A stretch of 64,000 nucleotides of DNA from Hormiphora californensis (taxonomy: Eukaryota > Animalia > Ctenophora): the NCBI GenBank assembly GCA_020137815.1, contig CM035353.1:6944001-7008000 (forward strand), given 5' to 3'. Position numbers and translations under genes: made by a program. Shown here one piece after another: positions 46,701 through 59,846 of this stretch (positions are counted from its first letter, which is position 1; each line of letters begins with the position of its first letter). The notes below the pieces were generated by a model. The model did not search any database. It saw nothing but the letters and a program-made list of their open reading frames with translations, and was not told where the DNA came from.

Positions 46701-48304
46701 ACGGTGTGAGTCATTGGTTGGCTTGGTCCGGTCCATACCCCATCTTAGCAACAAGGGAATGTGCATTCTACCTAACTCAACTCTCGCAAAGGTATATTTG
46801 GAGTCTGGCCATTACATGTTGATATTGGGGGGGGTGCAGCCCCAAAAAAATTCAAACTTTTTCCGAAACCCAGGGTATGGTTGGTTTTTTTTGGTCGTTT
46901 TTGGTCGTTTTTGGTCGTTTTTGGTTGAAATTTCTTTGATTTTTTTTGGTCGTTTTTGATTTTTTTGATCGTTTTTGACTTTTTTTGATCGTTTTTGATT
47001 TTTTTTGATCGTTTTTGAATTTTTTTGATCGTTTTTGATTTTTTTTGATTGTTTAATGTTGAACAAAAAGTTCAAAAAAAATCAAAAACGATCAAATAAA
47101 ATCAAAAACGATCAAAAAAATTCAAAAAAAATCAAAAACGATCAAAAAAAATCAAAAAAGATCAAAAAAAATCAAAAAAGATCAAAAAAAATCAAAAAAG
47201 ATCAAAAAAAATCAAAAAAGATCAAAAAAAATCAAAAAAGATCAAAAAAAATCAAAAAAAATCAAAAACAACCAAAAAAAATCAACACTTTTGAAAATCC
47301 AGGGTATGGTTGGTTTTTTTTTGGGCTGCACCCCCCCCCCCCCCCCGATATTATAACCTTCCTGGTCATCTTAATTTTAAGCTTAGATCCCTTCCTGTAG
47401 TCGTGCAGGACAACACTGCACCCCCAGTTGTATTGATTGAGTTCCCTATCCCCAATCAATCTAGGTTCTTCCACCCATGAGCCAGAATGATTTATACCAT
47501 AATCCAGCCAGACTGGTTATCTGCAGTTTTCACCCAACACTTCACTCAGAACTATAATAGACAAACCAGCCAGACTTGTTGAGTAACAACAAAGCCAGAC
47601 AATATCGAACTATACAATTTTCACGAGCTCCCATAACCATGATTTCAGGCGGGACTATCCCACTCATAATACCATGTGTTTCAGGCGGGACTATCCCACT
47701 CATAATTGATAATACCATGTGTTTCAGGCGGGACTATCCCAGACACATAACACTGCATGTGTTTCAGGCGGGACTATCCCACACATATAACACCATAACG
47801 TGTTTCAGGCGGGACTATCCCACACATAACACTGCATGTGTTTCAGGCGGGACTATCCCAGACACATAACACCATAACGTGTTTCAGGCGGGACTATCCC
47901 ACTCATAATTGATAATACCATGTGTTTCAGGCGGGACTATCCCAGACACATAACACCATGACGTGTTTCAGGCGGGACTATCCCAGACGGCAGTAGTGCG
48001 GGGCGAGGAAAAGGAGTCACTAAAGAATGCAGTCCACGATATCGCTAGTTCAGCACACGTCCACCTAGAGCATTGTATGAAGCTGCGTGGCACCCTACCC
48101 TCAACAGCCCAACTTGCACTAATTGGGTGTGTTCCTGCACGGGCTACATTGGACACTCTGGAACGGTATGATTTTGATGTTACTAATGGGAAGGCGTTGC
48201 AACGAAAGGCATTGTTGGCGATGAGAATCAAAAAGGAGGCCATAAGACTGAATTTAGTGGGTAATTGGAATCATATGAAATCTGGTATGAAACCTGGGAG
48301 GTAG
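43755..48304 (+). CDS. NDUFAF6: NADH:ubiquinone oxidoreductase complex assembly factor 6 (squalene/phytoene synthase fold)
   Basis: Approximate exons 43755-43870, 44433-44550, 44909-44990, 45141-45264, 45389-45503, 46651-46791, 47972-48304. Motifs HCVDVVRRHDYENFLCTL, LRAFNVEI, PVAVELAHAVRKHKLSK, LYLTLE/ILG...ADHAASHLG, VHDIASSAHVHLEH; Arg-rich presequence. Confidence 0.93.
43925..44422. repeat. 21-bp intronic minisatellite GTTGCCATGACTACATGTCT(G/T)
   Basis: About 20 copies; source of the MATRHVV ORFs. Confidence 0.95.
44676..44750. repeat. Short dispersed element CTGTCAGAGCATTGGCCTGAC...GTCAGAGCATTGGCCTGACAG; further copies at 45942-46018 and ~50973-51072
   Basis: Three related copies in the window. 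Confidence 0.75.
44771..44846. repeat. Perfect hairpin with 37-bp arms and a 2-nt loop in an NDUFAF6 intron
   Basis: tttggtgacatagacacctggcgcgacccccgcacac-ac-reverse complement. Confidence 0.9.
45640..46620. repeat. (AACCA)n pentanucleotide microsatellite
   Basis: Direct reading; source of the LVWFG ORFs. Confidence 0.95.
46827..47346. mobile_element. MITE with poly-G/poly-C termini and apparent 6-bp TSD GATATT
   Basis: gatatt|GGGGGGGGTGCAGCCCCAAAAAAA ... TTTTTTTGGGCTGCACCCCCC|gatatt; internal inverted (GATCAAAAAAAATCAAAAA)n. Confidence 0.8.
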
Positions 48305-48480
48305 CCATGTGATCGTGTGTAGCTGGAGCTGTTGAGTTAGGGTGGTCCCACAACTCTGGAGGGGGCAATATATTTTAGCAGCTCAATTTCATGTGCAAGC
48401 CCGGTTTTGTCCAGCAATGATTTACAGCATCGCTCGAAATGCAGTGGTGTTTTAGTATTTTGGAAAAATCAGGGTATATA

Positions 48481-49383
48481 TTAGGGTGATCCATAATGAT
48501 TTGCACTAGCATTTTTTAAAGCTTTGTGCTCATCGGAGCCATATAATTTTTACAGGACCTTGTTCCTGATGGAAATTGGGTCTCATAGCGACCATTTTAG
48601 CGATCTGGAAAAATTTTGTGCTAACGCTGTAAAGAATTTCATGGTCATAGGTCATGGTGCCGTCTCACTTACCCAAAAAGTGGTCGAAAAGCAACCACAA
48701 AGATAAGCTAACGAATTTTTTTGGTCCTGAAGTAGTCCACTGTATCAGTTGACATCTCAAATAATCGTTTTTTTGCAGAAAAAGTGTCAGAATTTCAGTG
48801 GAGGACAACAAATCGCAACAATTATGACATAAAAATCCATGAAAAATCGCCCGTTTTTGAGCAATTTTTCCTAACTCGAATTTCAGGCCACCTAAGACGT
48901 TCAAAACCATCAGATCACTTTAGGATCGTGTTAAGCAGAGTCTAAACCTCAATTTAAGCCTCAAATAATGACAAACTACCCATCTGGTTCATGGCGACAG
49001 CCTTTCAAAGTGAAAAAATGGGTTTTTGACCGAATTCTAAAAATAGCCCCCAAAATCGAGTGCGAAAACCGATTAGACATAATTTTTGCTCAAATGTCTT
49101 TAAAAGGGGTCATTATTCACCCACAAAGAGTCTTGGGCCTACCGGTATCATTTAACGGCTTGCATAAGGCTAGTACCACGACCTGATTTTTGGCACGTAG
49201 ATCGCAACACAACTGGAGGTTAGACATGGTCGCTCACCCATCCAGTGAAACCCGTTCTGAACTTCATGTATAGTCTTAGGAATCCAAAATTGTCCAATCT
49301 AAAAGATCCTGTAAAAATTTTTGATCCCTAACATCACATGCGACCAGGAAGGGCCAAGTGCAAATCTTTATGGATCACCCTAA
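48481..49383. mobile_element. Non-autonomous Tc1/mariner-type element, ~900 bp
   Basis: ta|TTAGGGTGATCCATAATGATTTGCACT ... AGTGCAAATCTTTATGGATCACCCTAA|ta. Confidence 0.85.
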
Positions 49384-49692
49384 TACTTCGTAACGCATTC
49401 ACTGGGTTTCGGGGGCGGTAAAATATCAATTAAAATCAGACAAACATGCATTTATCATTGCACACACTTGATACTAAAACTTTTAGAGGAGAGCTACAAT
49501 TGAAGGCCCGAATAATGTTAACAGCTTTGTAATAAATTCTTAGCAACCAGAACTCTGAAACTCTTCATCAAAATCTCCATGATAAATTATAGTTCACGGG
49601 TTGAGTAAATAGTCCAATTAACAACTATTCCAGTTCCGATCCGATCTCTGTGCGGCCTCCACTTCGTCTCTAATCGATGTATCACCCTGTTC

Positions 49693-52600
49693 TCACCCCG
49701 CGTAATTAGGCAGCTGATCTAAAGAAGAGAGATATTTAGTTTACTAATTAACCTCGACCAAAACGCGGAGTTTTTACGTCAGCCGACCCGAAACCTGATT
49801 AAATTGGGCCACCCGCTGGTCTCAGGGCCTCCAAATATGTCAAAATATGTCTGAATCGTCATTTGGGGTCATTTAGACCTTTTAATTACATGTAATTACC
49901 CTTTAATTTCATGTAATTACATTTTAATTACATGTAATTACTTCCTATTACATTCCAATTACTTCAGCACCTCGAGAGCTTTCGAACGCACCCTAGAACA
50001 TCTTTCTACTCCTTCCAATTGCCGAGTTCTGTATACCCCTTATTTTGACTGTTTTTCGCGTCCTACCCCTTATAGGTTTGGGTATGGCCATCGCCACACT
50101 CCCTATACGTCGCGGGACCTCGAGACCTTTCCAACGAGCCATAGAACACCTCTCTATTACTTCAGGGGGCTTCAAAACTTTCACTCTAAAAATATCTATG
50201 GTTTATGGTTATGGTTTTATGGTTTTTTTTTCATCTGGTATTAAGGGCCTGTCGGCTCGGCCCCGTTGTTTTAGTTTTAGGGGGGATTTTTTAGGGGGGA
50301 TGGGTTGAGTTTGGGTTATTTTCGGGTCGGGGGGCCTTGCCAGGCCCCGAATGGATAACGAATCGTCTTAAAGTATTCTAACTTTGCTTTGCCATGCTAC
50401 GCAGTCTGTCTATGTTAAATATTCTGACTATCTGGTACGGTCAACTGTCGCTTCAAAACAGGAGCAGCGCTGGCAAACAGGTTGTCATTACATACCTTAT
50501 ACTATCCCGATATATACCCAATATATGATCAACCTGCTTCCTCCTCCTCCTCTTCTTCCAACTCCAAATTGTCCAATAGCGCTGATAACTTCCCGTTTGT
50601 TTTCACATCAATCAGTGGCTGGTTACTTGTAAACTGAGGGGGGAATACTTGGGGATAGGGCGATTCAATGAGTTGCTGGTTACTTGTAAACTGAGGGGGA
50701 ATACTTGGGGATAGGGCGATTCAATGAGTTGCTGGTTACTTGTAAACTGAGGGGGGGATACTTGGGGATAGGGCGATTCAATGAGTTGCTGGTTCAGGAA
50801 TTGTAAACTGGGGAGGGAGGAGGGGGAGGGAGGAGGAAGGGGGAGATATCGACTGTATTGACAGAAACGTGAAACAAGGAAGCGAAATTAACAGCTCTTG
50901 TGATTTTGATTTTGTGTGAGTGTTGACACAAGTCATGTGTGGAGAATGAAGATATACAAGATTAGACAAAAACCTGTCAGAGCTATCAGGCCAATGTTCT
51001 AACCGCTGTACCACTGTCAGAGCAATGGCCCTATTCTCAGCGAGAACAGAGGTCAGAGCATTGGCCTGACAGATCTGCAAATACAGACAGCACTATAACA
51101 TAACCATAACATGATAACATACTCAGCTGAACAAATGCACACTGTGTTATGGAATTGAACCTAGCAATGTTAATTGTTCATGTTTGTGGATGGTCGGAAT
51201 GAGTGAAATGTGTGTCCATCAGAGCGACAACAAGGGACATGTGTGTTTTGCACAGAGCTAACAAGGGACATGTGTGTTTTTGCACAGAGCTAACAGGGGA
51301 TGTGTGTTTTGCACAGAGCTAACAGGGGACATGTGTTTTGCACAGAGCTAACAGGGGGTTAACTCACCACGGGGGTATCACGTCGCAGTTGGTGTCTCTG
51401 TAGGGGGGTTCAGTTAGTGTTAATAGAGTTATATGTTAAATAATATGGAGAGGGAGAGGTTAAATGTGCAAGTCAAAATCCCGGTTACACACGTCACGTT
51501 CAAACCTAGTACAAATAATCCACAAAATAACAGACTTTAAATATAGGTTTTGTTAAAAATTTAACATTTTACAGACGATATATAATAACTCTCTTGGTTG
51601 CTGCGGGTATGAAACATAAAGTGCACTAAGCATATCAAAATGTCATAAAAATGGAAAAAATAAATCTTTACATCGTCAAATATAGTACAATAATAATGAA
51701 AACCACGTGATCAACAACCACGTGATGCATCGCTCTCTTATCGCACGCTTTCACACCGCAATATATACGCTGAATGGTACAATCACACACGCGTCACACT
51801 TAATTCCTCTTTGCAGCTCTCTCCTCATTCTGTGCTAAGCATTCCGTAGTGGGCACGTGCACAATATATTTAACTCATTGGCTTTTTACTCACATTGCGA
51901 CCGGTGCCGGCCTTTGGTGGAGCGCTTCCTGCCGTCTTGGTTGGCTTCTTAGCTGCAGTGCCAGTTGTACTGTCAGCTTTTGGGCCACCTCTGAGAGGGG
52001 GACACGGGGGTTAGTTACACTGGGGGGGGGGGACCCTCAAGCAACAATATCCCTCATTCGGGTTTTATGAAATTTCCCAAGGCCATTGCTCCACCCCCTG
52101 GTGAGATAGACACTTTTTCTAATTCTGAGCATTTGATTCAGACAGGACAGGGTTCTTTCAATAAGCGTGACTCGGCCCTTGTGATCCCGCTGCAGCGACC
52201 AAGAACTAATGGGCATGAAGTTACTATATGTATTAATACTGTTACACTAAAAGTTTCACCAAAGACTGCGCAGTGTTGTTGTGGTATTAGGGTGATAGGG
52301 TCGAACAAGGCACTAATTAGTGTATCACTCACTCGGTTAACTGATCTGTTTTTGGGTTGGTACTCTGCTTATCTGAAGACTTGGTACCTTCCTCCGCAAT
52401 TATACTAGGAGCCGCTTCAACTTTACTCATGGTCTATAGTCATCACAAAAAGATATAACGCCAAGCATCAGCTGCCAAAATCTGATACGCAAATCACCAA
52501 AATCTAGAAACTTAACGAATCAGGGAAATATGAAACATCAAAAGTATATTTCTGGTCGCCTTCTTTACAGTTATGTACTTCACCTTAAGTTGCAAAATGA

Positions 52601-52708
52601 AAAGGCTGAACGAAAAATTAAAAGCGGAAGTAACTATACCATGTGAATTCCATGCGAAAGGAGCTAGAGAAAGAGAGAGAAAGAAAGAAAGAAAGAGAGA
52701 GAGAGAGG

Positions 52709-52782
<74 letters not shown>

Positions 52783-53083
52783 AAAGAGGAAGAGACAGAG
52801 AGATAGCTGCAGTAGTGGTAGAAGCTGGAAGAAAGGCTAACGAGAACATGAACTAATTTAAAAATAATTAATTTATTAATTAAAAACAGGGATATAATTA
52901 GCAAGTGCAGTAGAAGGCGTAGTTTTACTCTCGCTTTTGCTTTCACAACAACGTAATATCTTCCCTTCTCTCAAAGAGGAAGATTATATGTTTTCAACGT
53001 TTTTGCGGTCAATGAACATAATACTCTTAGAGAGAGAGAGAGAGAGAGAAAAAGAGAGATAAAAAGAGAGCGATAGAGGGAGA

Positions 53084-53155
<72 letters not shown>

Positions 53156-55065
53156 GAGAGGGGGAGTACTATACCTATAATAGCTGTATATAGATTTCAT
53201 GTTGGTTGCTTGGTTGGTATATAGATTTCATGTTGGTTGCTCGGTTGGTAATAAGAGCGATTGGTGCTATTTGATCTCATGTTGGTTAACCAACAGACAG
53301 AATTATGTCTTACAAGTAGTTCAGGAGAAGAGTTCCATATGGTGTACGTGAAACTACCCTTAACCAAAAAATAGCGGATCTAAAAATACCTAAAAAAACC
53401 AACGAAAATTTACGCCTTTTCTTTAATTTGAGGTCGCTTAATTAGTTGACTAGTACACGGTAAGGAAATGAAAAGGGACTAACATTGGTTCGTCAAGAAA
53501 GAGAGATGGAGAGAGTGGGAGAGCGAGAGAGAGTGAGAGATAGAGATAATGACTAATTGAATGGTCTAACCGATTTAGTAAACAATTTGACCAAAAAGAT
53601 ATAGCCAGTGACTTGCTAGTTGCTAACAGTAACACATGTACAGGAAAGATGCACACACTGATCATTATCTGGATCAATTTATAGATCTAGCTCTCACTCT
53701 CCCCTCTTTTTTCTCCCCTCTCTCCTCCTCTCTCTTTTTCTCTTCTCTTTCTTCTCCTCCTCTCCTTCTCTTTTCTCATCTAAATCTCTCTCCTTCTCTT
53801 TAACTCATCTCCCTCCTCATCATAGCTCTTCTGACTCTCTCTCAGTTCTCACAGTCCAACTTTTGATCAGTCATCCTCCTGATTCTTTCATCTGTCTCCT
53901 TCTTAGATCTAGTCTCACTGTCTACGAATCTTTGCTCTTTTTCTCTCTCTGCGTCCTCTCGTCATTTCTCCTCCGTCTTCCTCAGAAGTACCATCTCTCT
54001 ATCTTCGACCTCCCATCTCTCACTCATCTCTCATCTCCTTCATCATCTATTCATCCTCGTCAGGGTCATAACTCACTCGTCTCTCTCTCACCTCTCTCCT
54101 CTACTCTCGCTTCTCTTCATCTCTCTCGATCCGTCTCCTCTCAAGTCTCTCGCTCTCTCACTGTCACGTCACTCATCTCCACTCTTCTCAGATCTACTCT
54201 CGGTCCAGTCACTCGTCTCTCTCGTCATCGGGGGGGGAGATGGCAGCTCTCTCGAACGTCAAGATCTCTCCTCTCTCTTTCTCTGTGGTTTCAGGGACTC
54301 AGTATGTGTAAGCCTTTCACTGAAAGTTTCAGAACAATGGGAGATTCATGAATAATTATATTTATCGTGCGGTGATAGTGAATAGCGATCCAAAATTATC
54401 ACGCGAAACGGTCTGTAATTTTCATCCAAAGTGGATAAAGTTTCAGTGGCGGCAGGAATCAATAAATTATATTATGGCTAAGCTATTTACCATAGTTACT
54501 TATTATTGCTGTGTAGGAACTCGAGGGTGAAATTAACCGGTTAAAAATTAGTACTAGGCGTCGATGTCAAAGCCGTAAAAAATGAAAACGTTGACAATGT
54601 TGTCAGAGAAAAATAGGCTTTTCGCGGTTTTTGACACAACTTGCCAATGCCAAGAACAATAAGCGAGAACCGCAAAAACCTAATTTTTAATTAACCTAAT
54701 TTCTCCCTGCATTTTTACTTTCCAATCAGTGTGTGTCTCTTTCTCTCTCTCTCTATCCTTCTCTTTCTCTGCTTTTGACATCAACGAAATTTGATTTCCA
54801 TAATTTCTTCTCACGAATAATTTGGAAGGAAAATTTTTGACAAAGCCTAGTTTTTCTGAAGGATATATCCCACACCAAATGATCTGAAAAATTTACAAAA
54901 TCAAGTTTACATTGTTCATTTTGTTCGAAAAAGAACAAAAAGGAATTATTAGAAGAGAAGTTTATAAAGAACTGCTATATTATTTATTCGCTCCCCCTCT
55001 CCGTTATTAACAACTAACAAGGCACATGTTATAGATATGCAATATGATGATAAACCCTATTTCAT

Positions 55066-55130
<65 letters not shown>

Positions 55131-58100
55131 ATCTCTCACTCACTCTCATTCTCTCTCTTTTTACACGTGCACACTCATAACTCGTTAGGAAAAGTGAACG
55201 GAAGTACCTTCTTATAGTACGGCCTACGGATCTAACGACTAACTAAAGTAGTTGAACACGATATATAAGCTGCAGTCCATGTTTAAACTTAGAAATTAAT
55301 CAATTGTAGGAGGTTCCATTGCTATGGTATAGTTGTATACGTTCGACAAGCATTAACATATATTGAGCTGTTCTGATGTGTATTCTGATGTGCATCACTA
55401 ACAGAATTCATCATGTGAACTTCACATGCACTTATTAATATGTATTGGATTTAGAAATAAAGCCAGACCCCGGATAGATTTCCAAAACTTTTTCAACATT
55501 TTATTTACACCCCGATATTGTACTGAGTACTCCGATTCGAGCATCGTGGTAAATCGTGGTCCGGTTGTACAAGAGTATAGTGCTTCAAGTAAAGACAAAA
55601 TATCAAGAGGTTAATCTCTACATTTTAGCTCTGTTACAGACCTACCACGACGTTTTGCAGTCAAAAACCGGGCCTTTTTTAGTAAAAGTCAATCATAAAA
55701 ACCGTTTAAATTTTAACTAACAACTTAGTTTGAACTGCTATATTAGTAGAGACTAGGAAAACATTTCTCGAAAAAAAAGGATTGATTGAATTTGATGAAC
55801 TACTTCAAACGATATAATTAATGTTTCCAGTCTGTAATGTCGGCTCTGGAGACATAATATACGGTTAACTATAACACACTTTATTACGCACATTGCTAAG
55901 GAATGGATAAGGAATCTTTTTAACATGTCTCATCATGTGATCTGATTTTTAACATAATTTCCAAATAAGTACAGAGACATGCAGGCTCACACAAAACCTA
56001 CCAAACCTAGGCCTAGAGAGTAGAGAAGAGGGGTAATTCAGGTATTGGTATATGCCATATGGCCATTGATTTGATAAGAGCGGTTGCCATGGGCGTGAGC
56101 CCTTGTTGGGGACCCTACTGCACAGTGGGGCCAATTACCACTACCAGCACTGTTAATTATATGGCCATGTATGGGTGGGACTGGGTTTGGTATTTTGTGT
56201 ACTGCAGTGACGAGGGGGCTACACGCTTAGAGCAGTAGGTATGACGATAGAATTATTATTATGAAACTGAAATTAGAAGCTCGTAATGTGGTAACATTTA
56301 ACAAGAAGACAATCCGACATATAAATACAGTCAAACCTCGATATACCGGAGCTCGATATACCGGAGCTCGATATACCGGATCTCGATATACCAGACCTCG
56401 ATATACCAGACCTCGATATACCGGATCTCGATATACCGGACCTCGATATACCGGATCTCGATATACCGGACCTCGATATACCGGTGTAAATCGAGGTTTG
56501 AAGCTGTATGAGGCAAACACATGGAAATCAGACATATAATACACACACACACATACACAGCTAGGAAGGGCAGATGTGAATTCCCCCAAATCTCACTGGG
56601 ACTGCAGTCCCAGATAAACCGGCCACCACTTTGCCGGATCGTTTTTACTGACAACCTAGGGTAAGGAAATAAGATGTATTGAAGGGATATACATGAGCAC
56701 TATACTATTATACACATGTATTTTGGATTAAGGATTTCAGATAACTATGTTTTAAGGTATTTTTGAGACCCAAATGGCACCTGCAGCAGACCTTGTTACA
56801 AATTACACGTGTCTGCCTACCTAGTAGGAGTACCAAGAGAGCGTGCTGGGGAGGTTGAACCCGCACGGTGGACATTCTCACTAACTAGATCGGGCATTGA
56901 GGCACACAGGTGGGCTGGAATGGCAATGGAAGTGGGTCGTCGGACACTGCGTGAAGTTGGCCGCCCTGGAAGGAATATCATACTGGGGATCCCAGATTTA
57001 CTATCTGTTTTGTATAATTTTGATAATAGAGATGGGTGTGTACTGTGTATGTGTGTGGCTCGGGGTAGAACTAGTTATAGACCCTACTACGATCATTCAA
57101 TAGACACGACCCAGATAACAATTAAGGGATACTAAATAACATTCACCGCGATAATTCATTTGAAGGAACATTCATACTGATAGTTGATACAGTAGAGACC
57201 TGATTTACCGAACATAAAATACTAGGGTTGGTCAAGTACTGGGGCCGATTACACTTAAATAGCGGACAATTAAAAATAGAGATAACAAATACAGTCGGAC
57301 CACGATTTACCGGGATACTCGGAGGAAAGGGTTTTGCCCGATATCGGGGTCAAATGCCGTTAATCTCCTGCATCGGGGGAAGTTTATTCACAGCCACCCC
57401 GCGAATCGGGGTTCCCGATATATCGGTGTCCGACTGTATAGTTATAATAGAGCTAATCTAAAGTGAGATTAGTGTAACGGGCCTGAAGGCCTTTGTGTAG
57501 TCAGAATAATTCTGAAACTCATTTATGAACAACATGCTATATGAGAGTGGGGCTTTGCACTCTCTTAGTATGTAAATGTTATTCATAAATGAGTTAGAAA
57601 AAGAACGAAAAGTAGCTGTAGAAGACAGTGAGAGATGGAGATATATATAATGCAAGGAAACACAGTAGAAAGAAACAGTTTTTATTTTACAAATCTTGTC
57701 TCATGGTAACATGGAGGGGTTTCGGTAATAAAAGTTTATTTGACACATCGTGACGTCACGACACGTACTATGACATGGCCATGCACAGCGAGATAAAGAT
57801 GGAGAGTTATGAGCACACTGTTCATTTCTCCTATTATGATAGTCATACATTGCCCTGAACAACGCCGACAAAGTAATATGATATCAAGCTACAAAAAAGC
57901 TACTTTTTCTAAAACTAAAAGACGCGACATTAGAGACGAGACATGACGTAGTCCCTTTTTATAATTGATAATTCAAGAAACCTCCCCGCAATTAGAAGGT
58001 TAGACAATCAGACCCATAGCTCACTCAAAGCGATTCTAGGAAATGACTCGTACCATGTCCCCACTACCCCGACCCAATTACATGAAGTGGCCAGCAGTAA

Positions 58101-59775
58101 CTTGTTCAGCATAAACAAATATAGCGGGACGTGGCCTGCACAAGTTTACACAGGTCTTTTTACATGGTTTGTTGTCAGTATTATTAATAGAAGTGTCACA
58201 GTGTTACCATGACAACAGTGTTACCATGACAACACTGTTACCATGACAACACTGTTACCATGACAACACTGTTACCATGACAACACTGTTACCATGACAA
58301 CAAGTCTTAACTTACTTGGACGGGGAAGCGCTCTTGGATTTTGTAGCGGGAGCGGGTTTAGCTGCAGGTTTGGTACCTACAAATAGTTTATAGATCACGG
58401 GAGGAAGAATAACTTGAACAATTGGGTCTTGGATTTAATAAACTAAGTTTAAAGTTACTAAACGGCTACTAAATTAAAAAAGCATTAGATATACGGAACA
58501 TTAGCTACCTACCAGGTTTCTTTGCAGCAGCTCCTGCCGCGGGTTTGGGAACACCTGAGAGAGAGAAAGAGTGTGATTTTTTTACATATTTTGTTTGGGA
58601 CATTGTGTATCTTTTCAAATTCTTATAAGCCCTTTTATTATTCAAATACCAAAATTCGTGTTTGTTAATATAAGTCTGCGTTCTTACTCTCAGGCACAGG
58701 GGTAGCCCTCTGGACATGCCAGACAGGTACCAGGTGGTGAACAATAATAAGGGTAACCTGGCCTGCTTCGTGTAGCTCACACTGCGCTCTTTGACGGTTC
58801 GGCAGCTGTTAATTACCATTGGTGGTTGGTTTTTTGATGGCAGGTGAGGCTGATTTACCAGCGGGTGTTCCAGGCTTCTTAACGGGTGTTTTTCGGGCCG
58901 CGGGTGATGCTGCTGGTTTTGTAGGAGACGGTGAAGTCTTGGAGGGTGTTTTAACTGTTTTCTCCTGCAGAGAGAGAGGGTTGTGAGTTTTAGGAAAATT
59001 GTGTCTAATGGACACACGCATGCTTCATATCGGTCAGTGTCACAGTGTAAATACAAATACGAGATCAATTCAGCAGGAATCATTGTGCACATCGAGCGAG
59101 TCATCAGCTGTAATCACCCTCCATGCTGGAGAAAGTAATCAGCGGTACAGTTAGATTTAGTAAGTTTCATAATCAGCTAGATAGGCAACGAACTTTTCCA
59201 ATTAGCCGGCTCGGTCTCGTGGTGGTGGTCTTGGTACCAGGCTGATTGCGGGATCCCTTGTCAGCGTTCAATTTCACCATTTCCCACGGCCATACAACAT
59301 TTCTTGCGCGCACGCGCACAGTTGTGTACTTTCATCAGTTTGGAAGAGCGGGAAAACCGCGCGCGGTACTCACTTGTCCCAGTGCAGATTTCTTTTTGGT
59401 CGGTGTCTCGACTACTGCTGCTGCTGCTGTCAGCTCGGCTATTTTAGCTTGGTGCTGTTCCTGGAAAACCCAACACATAAAACAGGCTCTGTACGAAACC
59501 CAAACATTCAGATAAAGCCACACAATCGGATCCCTTTTCTGCTTGCCTTACCTTCAGAATCTTGAGCTCTCCAGCCTGGAGGCTATTCTCAGCCTGAAGT
59601 TTTCCAACCACTGTCTCCAGGTCGGCTATCCTAGCACTGAGGTCGGCAATGGTAGCATCTCGCTGACTCAGCTGTGTTCGGAGATCCTGCGAGAGATGTT
59701 ATTTAGTCAGCGGTCGATATTGTAATATCATATTTTACAGAGAGAGAGGACAGAGAGAGGGAGAGAGGGGGAGAC

Positions 59776-59846
<71 letters not shown>

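Noticed and set aside
43976-47400. MATRHVV, CHDYMS, LVWFG and KKIKKNQ ORFs
   Set aside because: Translations of intronic mini/microsatellites and a MITE within NDUFAF6
53424-53434. TAATTTGAG|GT resembling a ctenophore spliced-leader 3' end and donor
   Set aside because: Upstream bases do not resemble the leader as I recall it, and no Sm site or repeat context is evident
53690-54285. 162-aa Ser/Leu-rich ORF
   Set aside because: Degenerate CT-rich tract, probably a decayed or miscalled microsatellite; no ATG or splice support
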